Positions 25,382-34,915 of a stretch of DNA of 64,000 nucleotides are shown piece by piece. This stretch comes from a virus (taxonomy: Duplodnaviria; Caudoviricetes). The first letter of the stretch is position 1. Every line of letters starts with the position of its first letter. The position numbers and the translations under genes were made by a program. The notes beneath the pieces were generated by a model that was not told the origin of the DNA, did no database searches, and was given only the letters and a program-made list of their open reading frames with translations. The stretch lies in IMG/VR virus record IMGVR_UViG_3300034175_000069; one strand, written 5' to 3'.

Positions 25382-28300
25382 GTGGCAATCGTCGGGACAG
25401 CGTTCGTCCGGCTGAAGGTCATCGGCGACACCCTGGCCAACGACATCGGCAAGTCCGTCAAGCAGTCCGTCGATGCCTCCTCCGCCGACCTGGACAAGGC
25501 CGGGGAGGACGTAGGCAAGAAGGTCAGCGACAGCACCGGCAAGGCGCTGGGCGACGGCATCAACGAGAAGATGGGCCCGCTCGCGGACTCCATCGGCGAC
25601 CAGATCGGTCGCCGCATGGGCGAGAACATGAACAAGAGCCTGCGGGTCAAGGTCGTCTCGGCCGTGACCAACAGCTTCGAGTCCGCCAAGACCGAGGTCC
25701 AGGGCTTCGGCGAGAAGTTCAAGCCCTCCATCGACAAGTTCACGACGGACTTCAAGAAGCAGACCGAGGGCGGCCTGAAGAAGGCGCTCTCCGGGTCGCT
25801 GTTCGCCATGCTCGGCACGGCGATCACCGTGCTGCCCTCGATGGTCGCCTTCGGTGGCGCGGTCGCCGGTGCACTGGTGTCAACCGTCATCACCGGGCTG
25901 GCAGCGCTGGGTCCAGCGGTAGCCGGTGGCGCGCTCGCGGCGGTAGGCGGGCTCGCTGCGATCACCATCAGCATGGGCCTGCTGAAGGCCGCGATGGACG
26001 TGCAGTCCCCCGCGATGGAGGTCTTCCGGGGCAACCTGCTGAACCTGAAGACGGCGTTCGCCGAGCCCGTGGCCGCTGGCCTGGCGACAGCTGCGCCCGC
26101 GCTCCAGCAGATGTCCGACCAGCTGTTCCCTGCCCTGAACCTCCAGCTGGAGACCCTGGGCTTCGTCGCGGCCGGGATCATCCAGGACTTCGCCGACATG
26201 GCCACCACCTCGGCCAACGTCGAGCGGCTGAACACCGTCCTGGCCAACAACAACACCTTCGTGGCCGGGGCCGGGGCCGGGATGGTCGGCTTCGCCCAGG
26301 CCGCGCTGATCCTGTTGTCCCACCTGGGCCCGGTGACCGACTTCCTGGGCCAGGGGATCCAGGATCTGGGCGAGTGGGCCGCCCGGACGATGGGTGCCGC
26401 TGAGGCCACCGGTGCCCTGGACGGCTTCATCACCCGATCGTTCGACGCGCTGCGCTACTTCGTCGGCATCCTGTGGGACTTCGGCGCGGGCGTGGTCAAC
26501 GTCTTCAAGGCCGCCTTCGGGGCCAGCGGCGGGATGCTGACCAACCTGCACGACGTGGCCGCGTCGTTCCGGGCATGGACCGGGGACGAGACCAACCAGA
26601 CCCGGATGACCGCCTTCTTCGAGAAGATGCGGGACATCGCGGGGCAGGTGCTGGACATCTTCATCCCGCTCGGCAAGGCCGGGCTGGGGGCCCTGGAGGA
26701 CACCGACCTCACCGCCGTGACCCAGGGCCTGGACGGGCTGAAGGCTCTCGGCCCGCCGATCGCGCAGATGTTCAACAGCATCAAGGACGCCGCTGGCCCG
26801 GCGCTGATGGACACCTTCCTGAACCTGGTCCAGGTCATCACGCAGCTGGCCGATAGCGGCGTGCTCTCAGCTCTGACCGGCGCGTTCTCCAACCTGCTGG
26901 CGATCATCTCCGCCGTGCTGGCCATCCCCGGGGTGGGTCAGCTGCTGGCCTTCGTGGCCGGGCTCGCGGTGATGATGAAGACGGTCATGCTGGTCGTGAA
27001 CGTCCTGAAGCTGCTCTGGCCTGCGATCCAGCTGATCATCGGCATCATCCGGGTGCTGGCTGCCGTCTTCGGTGGCATCCCGCTGGCCATCGCGGCTGTC
27101 GTGATCGCCCTGGTCTGGTTCCTGACCCAGACCGAGACCGGGCGCGCGATCCTGGCTGCCGCCTGGAACGCCATCAAGGTGGCCATCAGCGCGGCCATCG
27201 ACGGACTGGTCATCGCTTTCAACTGGCTGGTCGAGGCCTTCACGACCGCCTGGAACGCGATCACGAGCTTCCTGAGCGGGCTGGGCGGCTGGTTCGCCGG
27301 GGTCTTCGCCACGATCGGCGCGGCCATCTCCACCGCGTGGAACGCCGCGCTGGCCTTCATCTCCGGGCCGATCGGCGCGATCCGGGACTTCATCGTCTCG
27401 GTCTTCAACGGGATCCTGGGCTTCATCCAGATGATCTTCAACGCCTACCTGCTGGTCATCACGACGGTCTTCACGGCGATCTGGGGCTTCATCCAGCCGA
27501 TCCTGACGGCCATCGGCGGCTTCTTCGTCGCGGTCTTCAACGGGATCATGGCCGTGGTCCAGGGCTTCGTGAACGTGCTCTACGAGATCTGGATCCGGGT
27601 CTTCCCGCTGCTGCTGCTGCCGATCCGGATCTTCTACGGCGTCGTGATCTTGATCTGGCAGGAACTGTCGGCCGCCGTGACCGCCGTGGTCCAGGTGCTC
27701 TGGGACTGGATCCAGGCCGCCTGGACCGCGATCTACGACGCGGTGAGCGCGACGGTGCAGGCCATCTCGGACTTCGTCATCGGGGTCTGGAACGCGATCT
27801 GGGGCTTCCTCCAGCCGATCATCCAGGCGATCTGGGACTTCATCGTCTCGGCCTGGAACGGGATGAAGGACGCCGTCGGGGCAGCGATCCAGGCGATCAG
27901 CGATGTCGTCCACTCGGTCTGGGATGCGATCTCCGGCTTCATCAACACCGTCGTCGGCGCGATCGTGGACTTCGTCCAGGGCCGCTGGGAGATCATGCGC
28001 GGCAACATCGAGACCGCGCTGAACGCGATCAAGGGCGTTGTCGAGTCGATCTGGAACGGGATCTCCGGCTTCATCGGGACCGTCATCGGTGGGATCTCCA
28101 CTGCGATCTCCACGGTCTGGACCGGCATCTCCACTGCGATCAGCACCGCGATGGGGACCGCCAAGTCCACCATCGAGACGGTCTGGGGCAACATCGAGGG
28201 CTTCATCCAGGGCGCTCTGGACCGGATCAAGGGCCTGATCAACGCGGTCTGGGGCACGATCGGCGACATCGGCGAGGGCATCCTGGACGGCCTGAAGACG

Positions 28301-28699
28301 GCGGCCAACGGGATGATCAGCACGGTGAACGGCGTGATCAGCGGCCTGAACGCCGCCATCGGCGTGGCCAACATGCTGCCCGGTGCGGACATCCCGACCA
28401 TCCCGAAGATCCCGCTGCTGGCCAAGGGCGGAACCATCTCCCCGCTGGGTGGCGGCACGCTGGCGATGATCGCCGAGGCCGGACGGCCGGAGCGCGTCGA
28501 GCCGCTGGACTCCTCGGGCTTGTCAACCAGAGACCGGGCGATCATCAACCTCCTGGCCGACGGTTCTGGCGGGGGCAGCGGCGGCACGGACGTGCGCGTC
28601 TACATCGGTGAGCGGGAGCTGACGGAGATCATCGACGTGGTGGTGGAGGACCGAGAGGACTCCTTGGCAGGTCGCGTGCTGACCGGGACGAAGGGGTAG
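25382..28699 (+). CDS. tape measure protein
   Basis: About 1105 aa from GTG (MAIVGTAFVRLKV); Trp-spaced amphipathic repeats; LAKGG...AEAGRPERVEPL end. Confidence 0.92.
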   Translation: MAIVGTAFVRLKVIGDTLANDIGKSVKQSVDASSADLDKAGEDVGKKVSDSTGKALGDGINEKMGPLADSIGDQIGRRMGENMNKSLRVKVVSAVTNSFESAKTEVQGFGEKFKPSIDKFTTDFKKQTEGGLKKALSGSLFAMLGTAITVLPSMVAFGGAVAGALVSTVITGLAALGPAVAGGALAAVGGLAAITISMGLLKAAMDVQSPAMEVFRGNLLNLKTAFAEPVAAGLATAAPALQQMSDQLFPALNLQLETLGFVAAGIIQDFADMATTSANVERLNTVLANNNTFVAGAGAGMVGFAQAALILLSHLGPVTDFLGQGIQDLGEWAARTMGAAEATGALDGFITRSFDALRYFVGILWDFGAGVVNVFKAAFGASGGMLTNLHDVAASFRAWTGDETNQTRMTAFFEKMRDIAGQVLDIFIPLGKAGLGALEDTDLTAVTQGLDGLKALGPPIAQMFNSIKDAAGPALMDTFLNLVQVITQLADSGVLSALTGAFSNLLAIISAVLAIPGVGQLLAFVAGLAVMMKTVMLVVNVLKLLWPAIQLIIGIIRVLAAVFGGIPLAIAAVVIALVWFLTQTETGRAILAAAWNAIKVAISAAIDGLVIAFNWLVEAFTTAWNAITSFLSGLGGWFAGVFATIGAAISTAWNAALAFISGPIGAIRDFIVSVFNGILGFIQMIFNAYLLVITTVFTAIWGFIQPILTAIGGFFVAVFNGIMAVVQGFVNVLYEIWIRVFPLLLLPIRIFYGVVILIWQELSAAVTAVVQVLWDWIQAAWTAIYDAVSATVQAISDFVIGVWNAIWGFLQPIIQAIWDFIVSAWNGMKDAVGAAIQAISDVVHSVWDAISGFINTVVGAIVDFVQGRWEIMRGNIETALNAIKGVVESIWNGISGFIGTVIGGISTAISTVWTGISTAISTAMGTAKSTIETVWGNIEGFIQGALDRIKGLINAVWGTIGDIGEGILDGLKTAANGMISTVNGVISGLNAAIGVANMLPGADIPTIPKIPLLAKGGTISPLGGGTLAMIAEAGRPERVEPLDSSGLSTRDRAIINLLADGSGGGSGGTDVRVYIGERELTEIIDVVVEDREDSLAGRVLTGTKG

Positions 28700-28702
28700 G
28701 TC

Positions 28703-30289
28703 GTGGCTGGTCAGGAAGCTGTTGTCGCACGTGCTGATCTGATGCGCGGGATGATCCGGGTGCTCGGCCAGGGTGTCCCGGCCGGTCAGGTGCGGCTCAC
28801 CCGCTCGGAGAAGACCGGCGGTGCCCCGGTGCTCATCCGGAGCGGGGACTTCACGCAGGAGGAGACCGGGGGCTTCATCCGGCAGGACCCGGAGCCGCCG
28901 TTCGGCCGGGAGCTGATCTACCAGGCGACCCTGGAGGTCGCCAACCGCCACCTCCAGTCCAACCGGATCCTGAACCCGAAGGCCACGAACGGCACGGACA
29001 ACTGGTTGACAGGGACCGGCCGGACGATCGCGCAGGAGACCGCCCCCGAGCTGGCGCTCGGCGGGTCGATCAGGACTTCGTTCCGGATCAGCCGCAACGA
29101 CCCCGGGATGCGGACCGGCACGCTGGCCGACCGGACGCTGGCCACCACCCTCCCGGCGGACTTCGGGCCCGGCCGCTGGTTCTTCTCCGGCCGGATCCGC
29201 TACACGAACCCCGACATCTGGCTGTGGAACGACGTGAAGGGCCAGGGGACCTGGGGGGACCTCCGGGGGCGGGGAACCTGGCAGCAGGTCGCCACGGGTA
29301 CCAACAGCGGCAACCTGCCCTTCGTGACCGTCTGGGCCGCCGTGCTGTCCCCGGTGGGCGCAGTGGTCGTCGCGCCCTTCCAGGTGCTCGGCGTGCGCGC
29401 GAACGGCGCGGGCAACTGGCTGTCCTTCCAGGCCTGGGTGGACGTGCCGAAGTCGGCCCCGGCCGGGTCCCGGCTGGTCCTGCTCCACGGCCAGGCGCTC
29501 CGTGAGTACTTCACCTCGTGGTGGCTGACCACGGTCATGGTCACGCCGGAGTCCGAGATGTCCCTGGGCGCTGCGCTGACCTACTTCGACGGCGACAGCG
29601 CCGTCCCGGTGAACTCCGGGGCCTACTTCGCACCCGGGTACAACTGGGCCACCGTCACCCGCGACGCCACGATGGCCTGGAACGGGACCCCGAACGCCAG
29701 CGTCTCGGTCTTCACCGGGCCGTCGGTCATCTCCTCCAAGACCTCGGTCACGGTCACCCGGCCTTCGCGCAGGGATCTGCCACTGAAGCTGCCGGTCTAC
29801 CTGTCCGACCCGGTGTCGGCCACCCTCGGGGTCTGGTTCGAGCTGCTGGGTCTCGCGCCGCTGTCCTTCACCGCGCGGGCGACCCTCTACGACGTGCTCA
29901 ACCGTGGGGCCAAGGTCGCCGTCAGCCAGCGGCGGGCCTGGGCGTCGGGGCAGTTCACCTTCCTGACCAAGACGCTGGCCGAGGCCGCCGAGGCCGAGCG
30001 CATGTTCGACCCCGGCCGGATCCTTTTCTTCCGCAACCCGGACGTGCGGTTCCCGGAGTCGGACTGGTACCTGCACATCGGGGACGTGACCAGCGACCGG
30101 ATCGGGCCGCACTTCGGGCCCAACCCCGAGCGGGTCTGGGTCGTGCCGTTCGTGCGGGTCGAGCGCCCGGTGGGCCTGATCGAGGCCGCCTCGGTGGCCA
30201 CCTGGACCACGGTCAAGCAGGTCTACGACACGTGGGGTGCGCTGAAGGACGAGGGCCTGTGGGCCGATGTCTCGCTGGGTTCTGCATGA
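28703..30289 (+). CDS. minor tail protein (Dit-like position)
   Basis: First gene after tape measure; YFDGD; C-terminal W....VERP motif. Confidence 0.75.
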   Translation: MAGQEAVVARADLMRGMIRVLGQGVPAGQVRLTRSEKTGGAPVLIRSGDFTQEETGGFIRQDPEPPFGRELIYQATLEVANRHLQSNRILNPKATNGTDNWLTGTGRTIAQETAPELALGGSIRTSFRISRNDPGMRTGTLADRTLATTLPADFGPGRWFFSGRIRYTNPDIWLWNDVKGQGTWGDLRGRGTWQQVATGTNSGNLPFVTVWAAVLSPVGAVVVAPFQVLGVRANGAGNWLSFQAWVDVPKSAPAGSRLVLLHGQALREYFTSWWLTTVMVTPESEMSLGAALTYFDGDSAVPVNSGAYFAPGYNWATVTRDATMAWNGTPNASVSVFTGPSVISSKTSVTVTRPSRRDLPLKLPVYLSDPVSATLGVWFELLGLAPLSFTARATLYDVLNRGAKVAVSQRRAWASGQFTFLTKTLAEAAEAERMFDPGRILFFRNPDVRFPESDWYLHIGDVTSDRIGPHFGPNPERVWVVPFVRVERPVGLIEAASVATWTTVKQVYDTWGALKDEGLWADVSLGSA

Positions 30290-31410
30290 TCCCCGGGACC
30301 GCCCTGTTCAAGGACGCCTTGCGCTACTCCCGCACCGTCGTCACCGAGATGGACATCCTCTACGGCGACCGCGTGCTGGAGAACGACGTGCCGGTGGTGA
30401 CCGGGTCCGTGTCAACCGACCGGACCCGCAATACCCGGTACGAGGCGTCCGTCGAGATGGCCATGTACCCCTGGGACTCCCTGCCGCTGAACGCCCTGGG
30501 CACCCGGGTGGAGCTGCGGTACGGGCTCTCCTCGATCGGGACCAAGGAGGTCGTCCCGGTCGGGGAGTACCAGGTCTTCGACTACAAGCGCACGAACCGG
30601 GGCTCGCTCTCCCTGACCCTGAAGGGCCTGGAGAACTACGTCATCGAGTCCACGTTCCTCTCGCCCCGGACGCCGCCCTACGGGATGTCCACGATCACCG
30701 CGATCAAGAACCTGGTCCGCGAGGTCGGGGCGCTGAAGAACGTCGAGTTCGTCGTCCTGTGCAGCCGGGACAAGAAGGTCCAGGCCACCGCGCCCTGGGA
30801 CACCGACCGCTGGGCCGCGATCACGCAGCTGGCCACCTCGATCCAGGCCGAGGTCTGGGCCGGGCACGACGGCCGGTTCTACATCACCGACATGCCGGTG
30901 CTGTCCAAGCTGGTCAGCGCCTTCCAGGTCGCCGGTGGCGAGGGCGGGGTGCTGGTCGATGAGTCCCGGTCGAGCACCCGGGACCAGGTCTACAACGCCG
31001 TCTCGGTCTCCGGCACCTCCTCCGACACCGAGACCCCGCCGGTCTACGCCTACGCCTTCGACAACCGGCCGGACAGCCCGACGTACTTCTACGGGCCCTA
31101 CGGCCAGCGGGTCAGGTACTACTCCAGCCAGTTCTTCACCACGGCCGCGCAGTGCCAGAACTACGCCAACCTGCTGCTGGGGGAGTCCCTGGCCACGAAC
31201 AACACGCTGTCCATCGGGGCGCTGCCGATCCCGTTCCTGGAGGGCGGGGACGCCGTCCGGATCGTCTCCGAGCAGGACCCCGGCAGGGTCGAGACCTTCC
31301 TGATCCAGAAGACCGCGCTGGGCATGGGCACCGGGGCCTGGTCCGCTGACGTGCTGACCACGAACGAGGACTTCAGCAACAACGACGGCCAGCAGAACGG
31401 GGTTGGCTGA
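30286..31410 (+). CDS. minor tail protein (baseplate hub-like)
   Basis: ATGA overlap at 30286; GSVSTDR, DRWAAI, RDQVYNAVSV, FYGPYGQRVRYYSS, LEGGD. Confidence 0.8.
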   Translation: MIPGTALFKDALRYSRTVVTEMDILYGDRVLENDVPVVTGSVSTDRTRNTRYEASVEMAMYPWDSLPLNALGTRVELRYGLSSIGTKEVVPVGEYQVFDYKRTNRGSLSLTLKGLENYVIESTFLSPRTPPYGMSTITAIKNLVREVGALKNVEFVVLCSRDKKVQATAPWDTDRWAAITQLATSIQAEVWAGHDGRFYITDMPVLSKLVSAFQVAGGEGGVLVDESRSSTRDQVYNAVSVSGTSSDTETPPVYAYAFDNRPDSPTYFYGPYGQRVRYYSSQFFTTAAQCQNYANLLLGESLATNNTLSIGALPIPFLEGGDAVRIVSEQDPGRVETFLIQKTALGMGTGAWSADVLTTNEDFSNNDGQQNGVG

Positions 31411-32132
31411 TGCCTGACCTGGGAGCCCTCCTGGCCAGCCTGGGGGACAACGGGGCCACCCTGACCAAGGGCCTGATCATCAGCGTCCAGACGGGCACGC
31501 TGACGGTCTCAGTGCGCGGCGGCCAGTTCACCCGGGTGCCCTACATGCAGGGTGCCTGGGTGCCGGTCGCTGGCCAGTACGTCTACCTGCTGGCCCAGCA
31601 GGACTTCGGGATGATCGCGCTCGGATCCCCGACCCCCACGGGCGGGGCGGCACCGGACCCGGGCATCCCGACGGTGCTGGCGATCGACCCGCTGACGATG
31701 TCCAACTGGCAGGTCTCCGATGCCTACCCGCAGGGCCACTGGGTGGACCTGGCCGGAACGCTTGTGCAGTCGGCCCAGCAGGCCAGCTCGGGCGTCTGGT
31801 TCTACAGCCCGGCCGCGCTGGCCGGGATGGCGAACCTCTCGCTCGGCCAGTTCGAGGTCGAGCTGATGGTGGAGTCCGGCGGCTTCGTGGAGCTGACCCT
31901 GCACAAGACGACGCCGGGCGGCCCGTCGCCGGTTGACACGGTCGAGCTGCCGGTGATGGAGCAGAGCCGGTCCTTCCCGGTCTCCGGCGTCGGCAACACC
32001 AGCTGGATCCCGCTGCCGCTGCACTGGTCGGAGCTGCTGTCCTCGGGGGTGGCCAGCGGGATCATGGCCCGCTCGGTGCTCTACGACGCCCGCCTGTTCG
32101 GGCATGGAACGCTGCGGGTCACCTCTCTGTGA
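31410..32132 (+). CDS. minor tail protein
   Basis: N-terminal OB-like puncturing-type region, beta-rich C-terminus; TGATG overlap. Confidence 0.65.
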   Translation: MPDLGALLASLGDNGATLTKGLIISVQTGTLTVSVRGGQFTRVPYMQGAWVPVAGQYVYLLAQQDFGMIALGSPTPTGGAAPDPGIPTVLAIDPLTMSNWQVSDAYPQGHWVDLAGTLVQSAQQASSGVWFYSPAALAGMANLSLGQFEVELMVESGGFVELTLHKTTPGGPSPVDTVELPVMEQSRSFPVSGVGNTSWIPLPLHWSELLSSGVASGIMARSVLYDARLFGHGTLRVTSL

Positions 32133-32182
32133 CACCCTGAACACCGTGCGGCGCAGGCCGCCAGACTGAAGGAGAACCCCTG

Positions 32183-32968
32183 GTGAAGCTGCTGGACGCC
32201 GCCGAGGTCAAGCCCGGCACCGGAGACTGGACGCGCGGCTGGGACACCGAGCAGCGCGGCTGTGGAGGGCTCTCGATCTTCCTGTCCGAGTGCGACCCGG
32301 AGGTCACGGCCGATGTGGTCGGGGACGCGGAGAACCTGGATGCCGACGAGAACTGCGGCTACCGGGTGATCCCCTTCGGCTTCGTGGCCACGATGGTGCG
32401 CAACACCCGGGCAGCCCGGGACGACGACGAGCAGTGGCTGGCCAACACGCTGCGGGACAACGCCGAGATCCCCGTCAGCCGGGGCCTGCTGGTCCGTCAG
32501 GGCATCGCCGACACCTGGATCGGCAACCCGGACGTGGACGAGGTCCCAGCCCCGGCTCCGGGCGACAACGACGCCCTGGCCACGGCCATCACCGACGCGC
32601 GCCGGTTGTTCTTCGGCAAGACCTTCGGGCTCCAGCCGATCCTGCACACGAACCCGACCTCAGCCATCCGGCTGCGCAAGGCCGGTGTCATCGAGCTGGA
32701 TCCGGCCAACGGCGAGGACCGCACGCCCTGGGGTGACCCGGTGGTCATCTCGGCGGGCTACTACGACATCCCCGGGCTCTCCCCGGTGCCCCCGGCCTTC
32801 TTCACCGGCCCGATCGAGATCACGCTGTCCGATGTCAACGCGGAGGACATCGTCCGCTCGGTCCGCCGGAACAAGGTCATGTACCAGACCACGATGATGG
32901 CCGCGATCGACACCGCGCCGTGCGCGATGGTCCGGATCGGTGCTGCTCCCGGCCCGGTCGCCCCGTAA
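32183..32968 (+). CDS. major capsid pentamer protein (putative)
   Basis: 261 aa; YRVIPF, NAEIPVSRGL, PILH, RTPWGDPVVISAGY resemble Rosebush-type pentamer proteins; RBS AAGGAG. Confidence 0.6.
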   Translation: MKLLDAAEVKPGTGDWTRGWDTEQRGCGGLSIFLSECDPEVTADVVGDAENLDADENCGYRVIPFGFVATMVRNTRAARDDDEQWLANTLRDNAEIPVSRGLLVRQGIADTWIGNPDVDEVPAPAPGDNDALATAITDARRLFFGKTFGLQPILHTNPTSAIRLRKAGVIELDPANGEDRTPWGDPVVISAGYYDIPGLSPVPPAFFTGPIEITLSDVNAEDIVRSVRRNKVMYQTTMMAAIDTAPCAMVRIGAAPGPVAP

Positions 32969-32988
32969 CGGGTGAGACGGCCCGGCGC

Positions 32989-33016
32989 TGTTGAGTCCGG
33001 ACGCTATTCTCAGGCC
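32989..33016 (+). promoter_or_regulatory. leaderless promoter with proximal box only
   Basis: TGTTGAGT-8 nt-TATTCT(33005-33010)-6 nt-ATG 33017. Confidence 0.5.
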
Positions 33017-33322
33017 ATGACGAAGATCGAGTTGCGGGAGCCTCCGGCTCGGTCGGCACCCGGCCGTCGCCCGCTCATGCCGCTGGACGTGCGGATCCTG
33101 GAGATCGCCACCGAGGCCATGCGCCCAATGGAGATCACCCGGGTCCTGGCGGAGGAGGGCACCCACCCGGGCATCAACACCCAGCGGGTCGCCAGCCGCC
33201 TGAAGTCCCTCGTGGACCGAGGGATGATGACCCGGATCCGGCCAGCGGGCGGTCCGGCCAACGGGCCCGGCACCAGCCTGTACCGGGTCAAGACCGAGGG
33301 GGACAGCTCCAGCGATGGGTGA
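33017..33322 (+). CDS. winged-helix DNA-binding protein
   Basis: RILEI...MRPMEITRVL...TQRVASRLKSLVDRGMMTR...SLYRV wHTH pattern. Confidence 0.7.
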   Translation: MTKIELREPPARSAPGRRPLMPLDVRILEIATEAMRPMEITRVLAEEGTHPGINTQRVASRLKSLVDRGMMTRIRPAGGPANGPGTSLYRVKTEGDSSSDG

Positions 33323-33845
33323 GGTAGGCCTGCGCACGGTCCGGGACGGCCAGCGCGTGCTGCGCTTCCAGGCCGCCGTGATCGGCGCGGCCACCTCCCA
33401 GCGCGGCAGCTCCCCGCGCTGGAGTGAGCTGGTCGTCTACCGGATGGTGGACGGCCACTACCTGATCTCGAAGATCGGGCGCTCCACCGTGGCCCACCAG
33501 CCGACCTGCCTGCGTGTCAACCACCGCATGGTGCCCTGGTCGAAGGCTGCCGCGTTCGGTGAGGACTCCGTCCAGCGGGTGCCGTGCCCGGACTGCCGCC
33601 CCGAGCTGGGCCACGGCATCGCGCCGGACACGATGCTGGAGGTCACCCGCTACCGCGCCATCCTCTGCCAGACAGCAGAAAGCGCCGCCGAGTCCCTGAT
33701 GGGGGATCGGGCGGCGCTGCTCATGCCTCAGATCGTGCAGACGGTGCTGGCTCAGTGCTCGGAGTCGGACCCGAACTTCTCCAGGTACGCCGAGGCGGAC
33801 ACCGCGCTGCCCAGGGCCTGGGAGAACACGACCCGCACCCCGTAG
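33315..33845 (+). CDS. hypothetical protein (Cys-containing)
   Basis: PRWSELVVYRM..G.YL, CL, CPDC. Confidence 0.7.
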   Translation: MGEVGLRTVRDGQRVLRFQAAVIGAATSQRGSSPRWSELVVYRMVDGHYLISKIGRSTVAHQPTCLRVNHRMVPWSKAAAFGEDSVQRVPCPDCRPELGHGIAPDTMLEVTRYRAILCQTAESAAESLMGDRAALLMPQIVQTVLAQCSESDPNFSRYAEADTALPRAWENTTRTP

Positions 33846-34147
33846 CCGCTCTGGACGCCCGCTGCGAACACCTCGCGGGTCTCGGGCTCCATGACGGTCT
33901 CCGAGAGCTTCAGGATCGTCCTGGCGGCGTCTGCGTCGAGGTCCCCGCCGTCGTCCAGCGTTTCGCACAGCGCGCGCAGGTCGGCGGGCACCGGTTCGGT
34001 GCAGACGGCCCGCAGGATCTCGGCCATTTCGTCAATCCCGACGCCGGTCCAGGGGGCGTTCTCCTTGGCCCAGAACCGCCACGAGGTGAAGTTCTCCTCG
34101 CGCCGGGTCCAGGTCTCGGGGTGGTTCGTGTGGACTGCGTAGGCCAT
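33752..34147 (-). CDS. hypothetical protein
   Basis: MAYAVHTN..., RBS AGGAGG; convergent overlap with the previous gene. Confidence 0.6.
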   Translation of the reverse strand: MAYAVHTNHPETWTRREENFTSWRFWAKENAPWTGVGIDEMAEILRAVCTEPVPADLRALCETLDDGGDLDADAARTILKLSETVMEPETREVFAAGVQSGYGVRVVFSQALGSAVSASAYLEKFGSDSEH

Positions 34148-34205
34148 CGGGAGGCCTCCTCTCTCGTCGTCGTGTAGTTGACATCGGCAAGAATACTCGA
34201 TGCCT

Positions 34206-34538
34206 TTAGCGCTGGGTCTGCGGTTCACCCTTCCGGGCCACGCGGTAGGTCTGGGCGACCAGTGCCACCAGCGTCAGCGCCAGGCGCTCCAGGGCCCGCG
34301 TGCGCAGTGTGCCGGGCCCGTCCTGCTTCCGCCCGTGCTCGATGTCGCGGCGGACCTTCTTGCCCCAGTAGTCCAGGGACCAGACGCCCCAGTAGAGGTC
34401 GCTGCGGACGTTGGCCCACCAGCTGGGTCGCGGGGTGTCCGGCGTCCAGACGGTGCCGTAGTCGTGCATCCCGTTGACGACCGGCGGGGGTCCGTCCAGG
34501 CCCATGAGCTGCCAGGCGGGGATCTGCTTCTTGGCCAT
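34206..34538 (-). CDS. hypothetical protein
   Basis: RBS AGGAGG, Trp-rich. Confidence 0.6.
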   Translation of the reverse strand: MAKKQIPAWQLMGLDGPPPVVNGMHDYGTVWTPDTPRPSWWANVRSDLYWGVWSLDYWGKKVRRDIEHGRKQDGPGTLRTRALERLALTLVALVAQTYRVARKGEPQTQR

Positions 34539-34539
34539 G

Positions 34540-34848
34540 TCAGGCCTCCTTGCCGGGTCGGCGACCGACCACGTTGATGACGATGGGCGGGCGGGGTGCC
34601 ACGACGAACTCGGCCAGCTCGGCGTCGTCCTCCACGACCCACAGCGGTTCCCCGCAGTCGTCGCAGATGAGCACGACGCGGGGGACGACCTCGTTGAGGC
34701 GGAGCCGCCCGTCGCCGGGAGCGTGAGAGGAGACGCGGGCGTGCAGCGTCCAGCTCACCTTCCCCTCGCACGTCGGATCCGGGCAGTGGTCAGGGGGGGA
34801 GTCAGTCGCGGCGGCGCGACGCTGAGCGGTGTCGAGAACAGCGGGCAT
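34540..34848 (-). CDS. zinc-ribbon protein
   Basis: CPDPTC...CDDC; RBS AAGGAG. Confidence 0.6.
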   Translation of the reverse strand: MPAVLDTAQRRAAATDSPPDHCPDPTCEGKVSWTLHARVSSHAPGDGRLRLNEVVPRVVLICDDCGEPLWVVEDDAELAEFVVAPRPPIVINVVGRRPGKEA

Positions 34849-34868
34849 GGCGGTCTCCTTCAGGGGTT

Positions 34869-34902
34869 GAGCCCGGCCCCGGCGTGAACCGGGACCGGGC
34901 TC
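34869..34902. terminator. GC-rich hairpin / terminator
   Basis: GAGCCCGG(C)CCCGG-CGTGAA-CCGGG(A)CCGGGCTC. Confidence 0.6.
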
Positions 34903-34915
34903 GGGGTGGAGTGGA

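Noticed and set aside
34200-34577. Plus-strand ORF after GTTGACA...AATACT
   Set aside because: Overlaps a better-supported minus-strand gene with an RBS; poor codon usage
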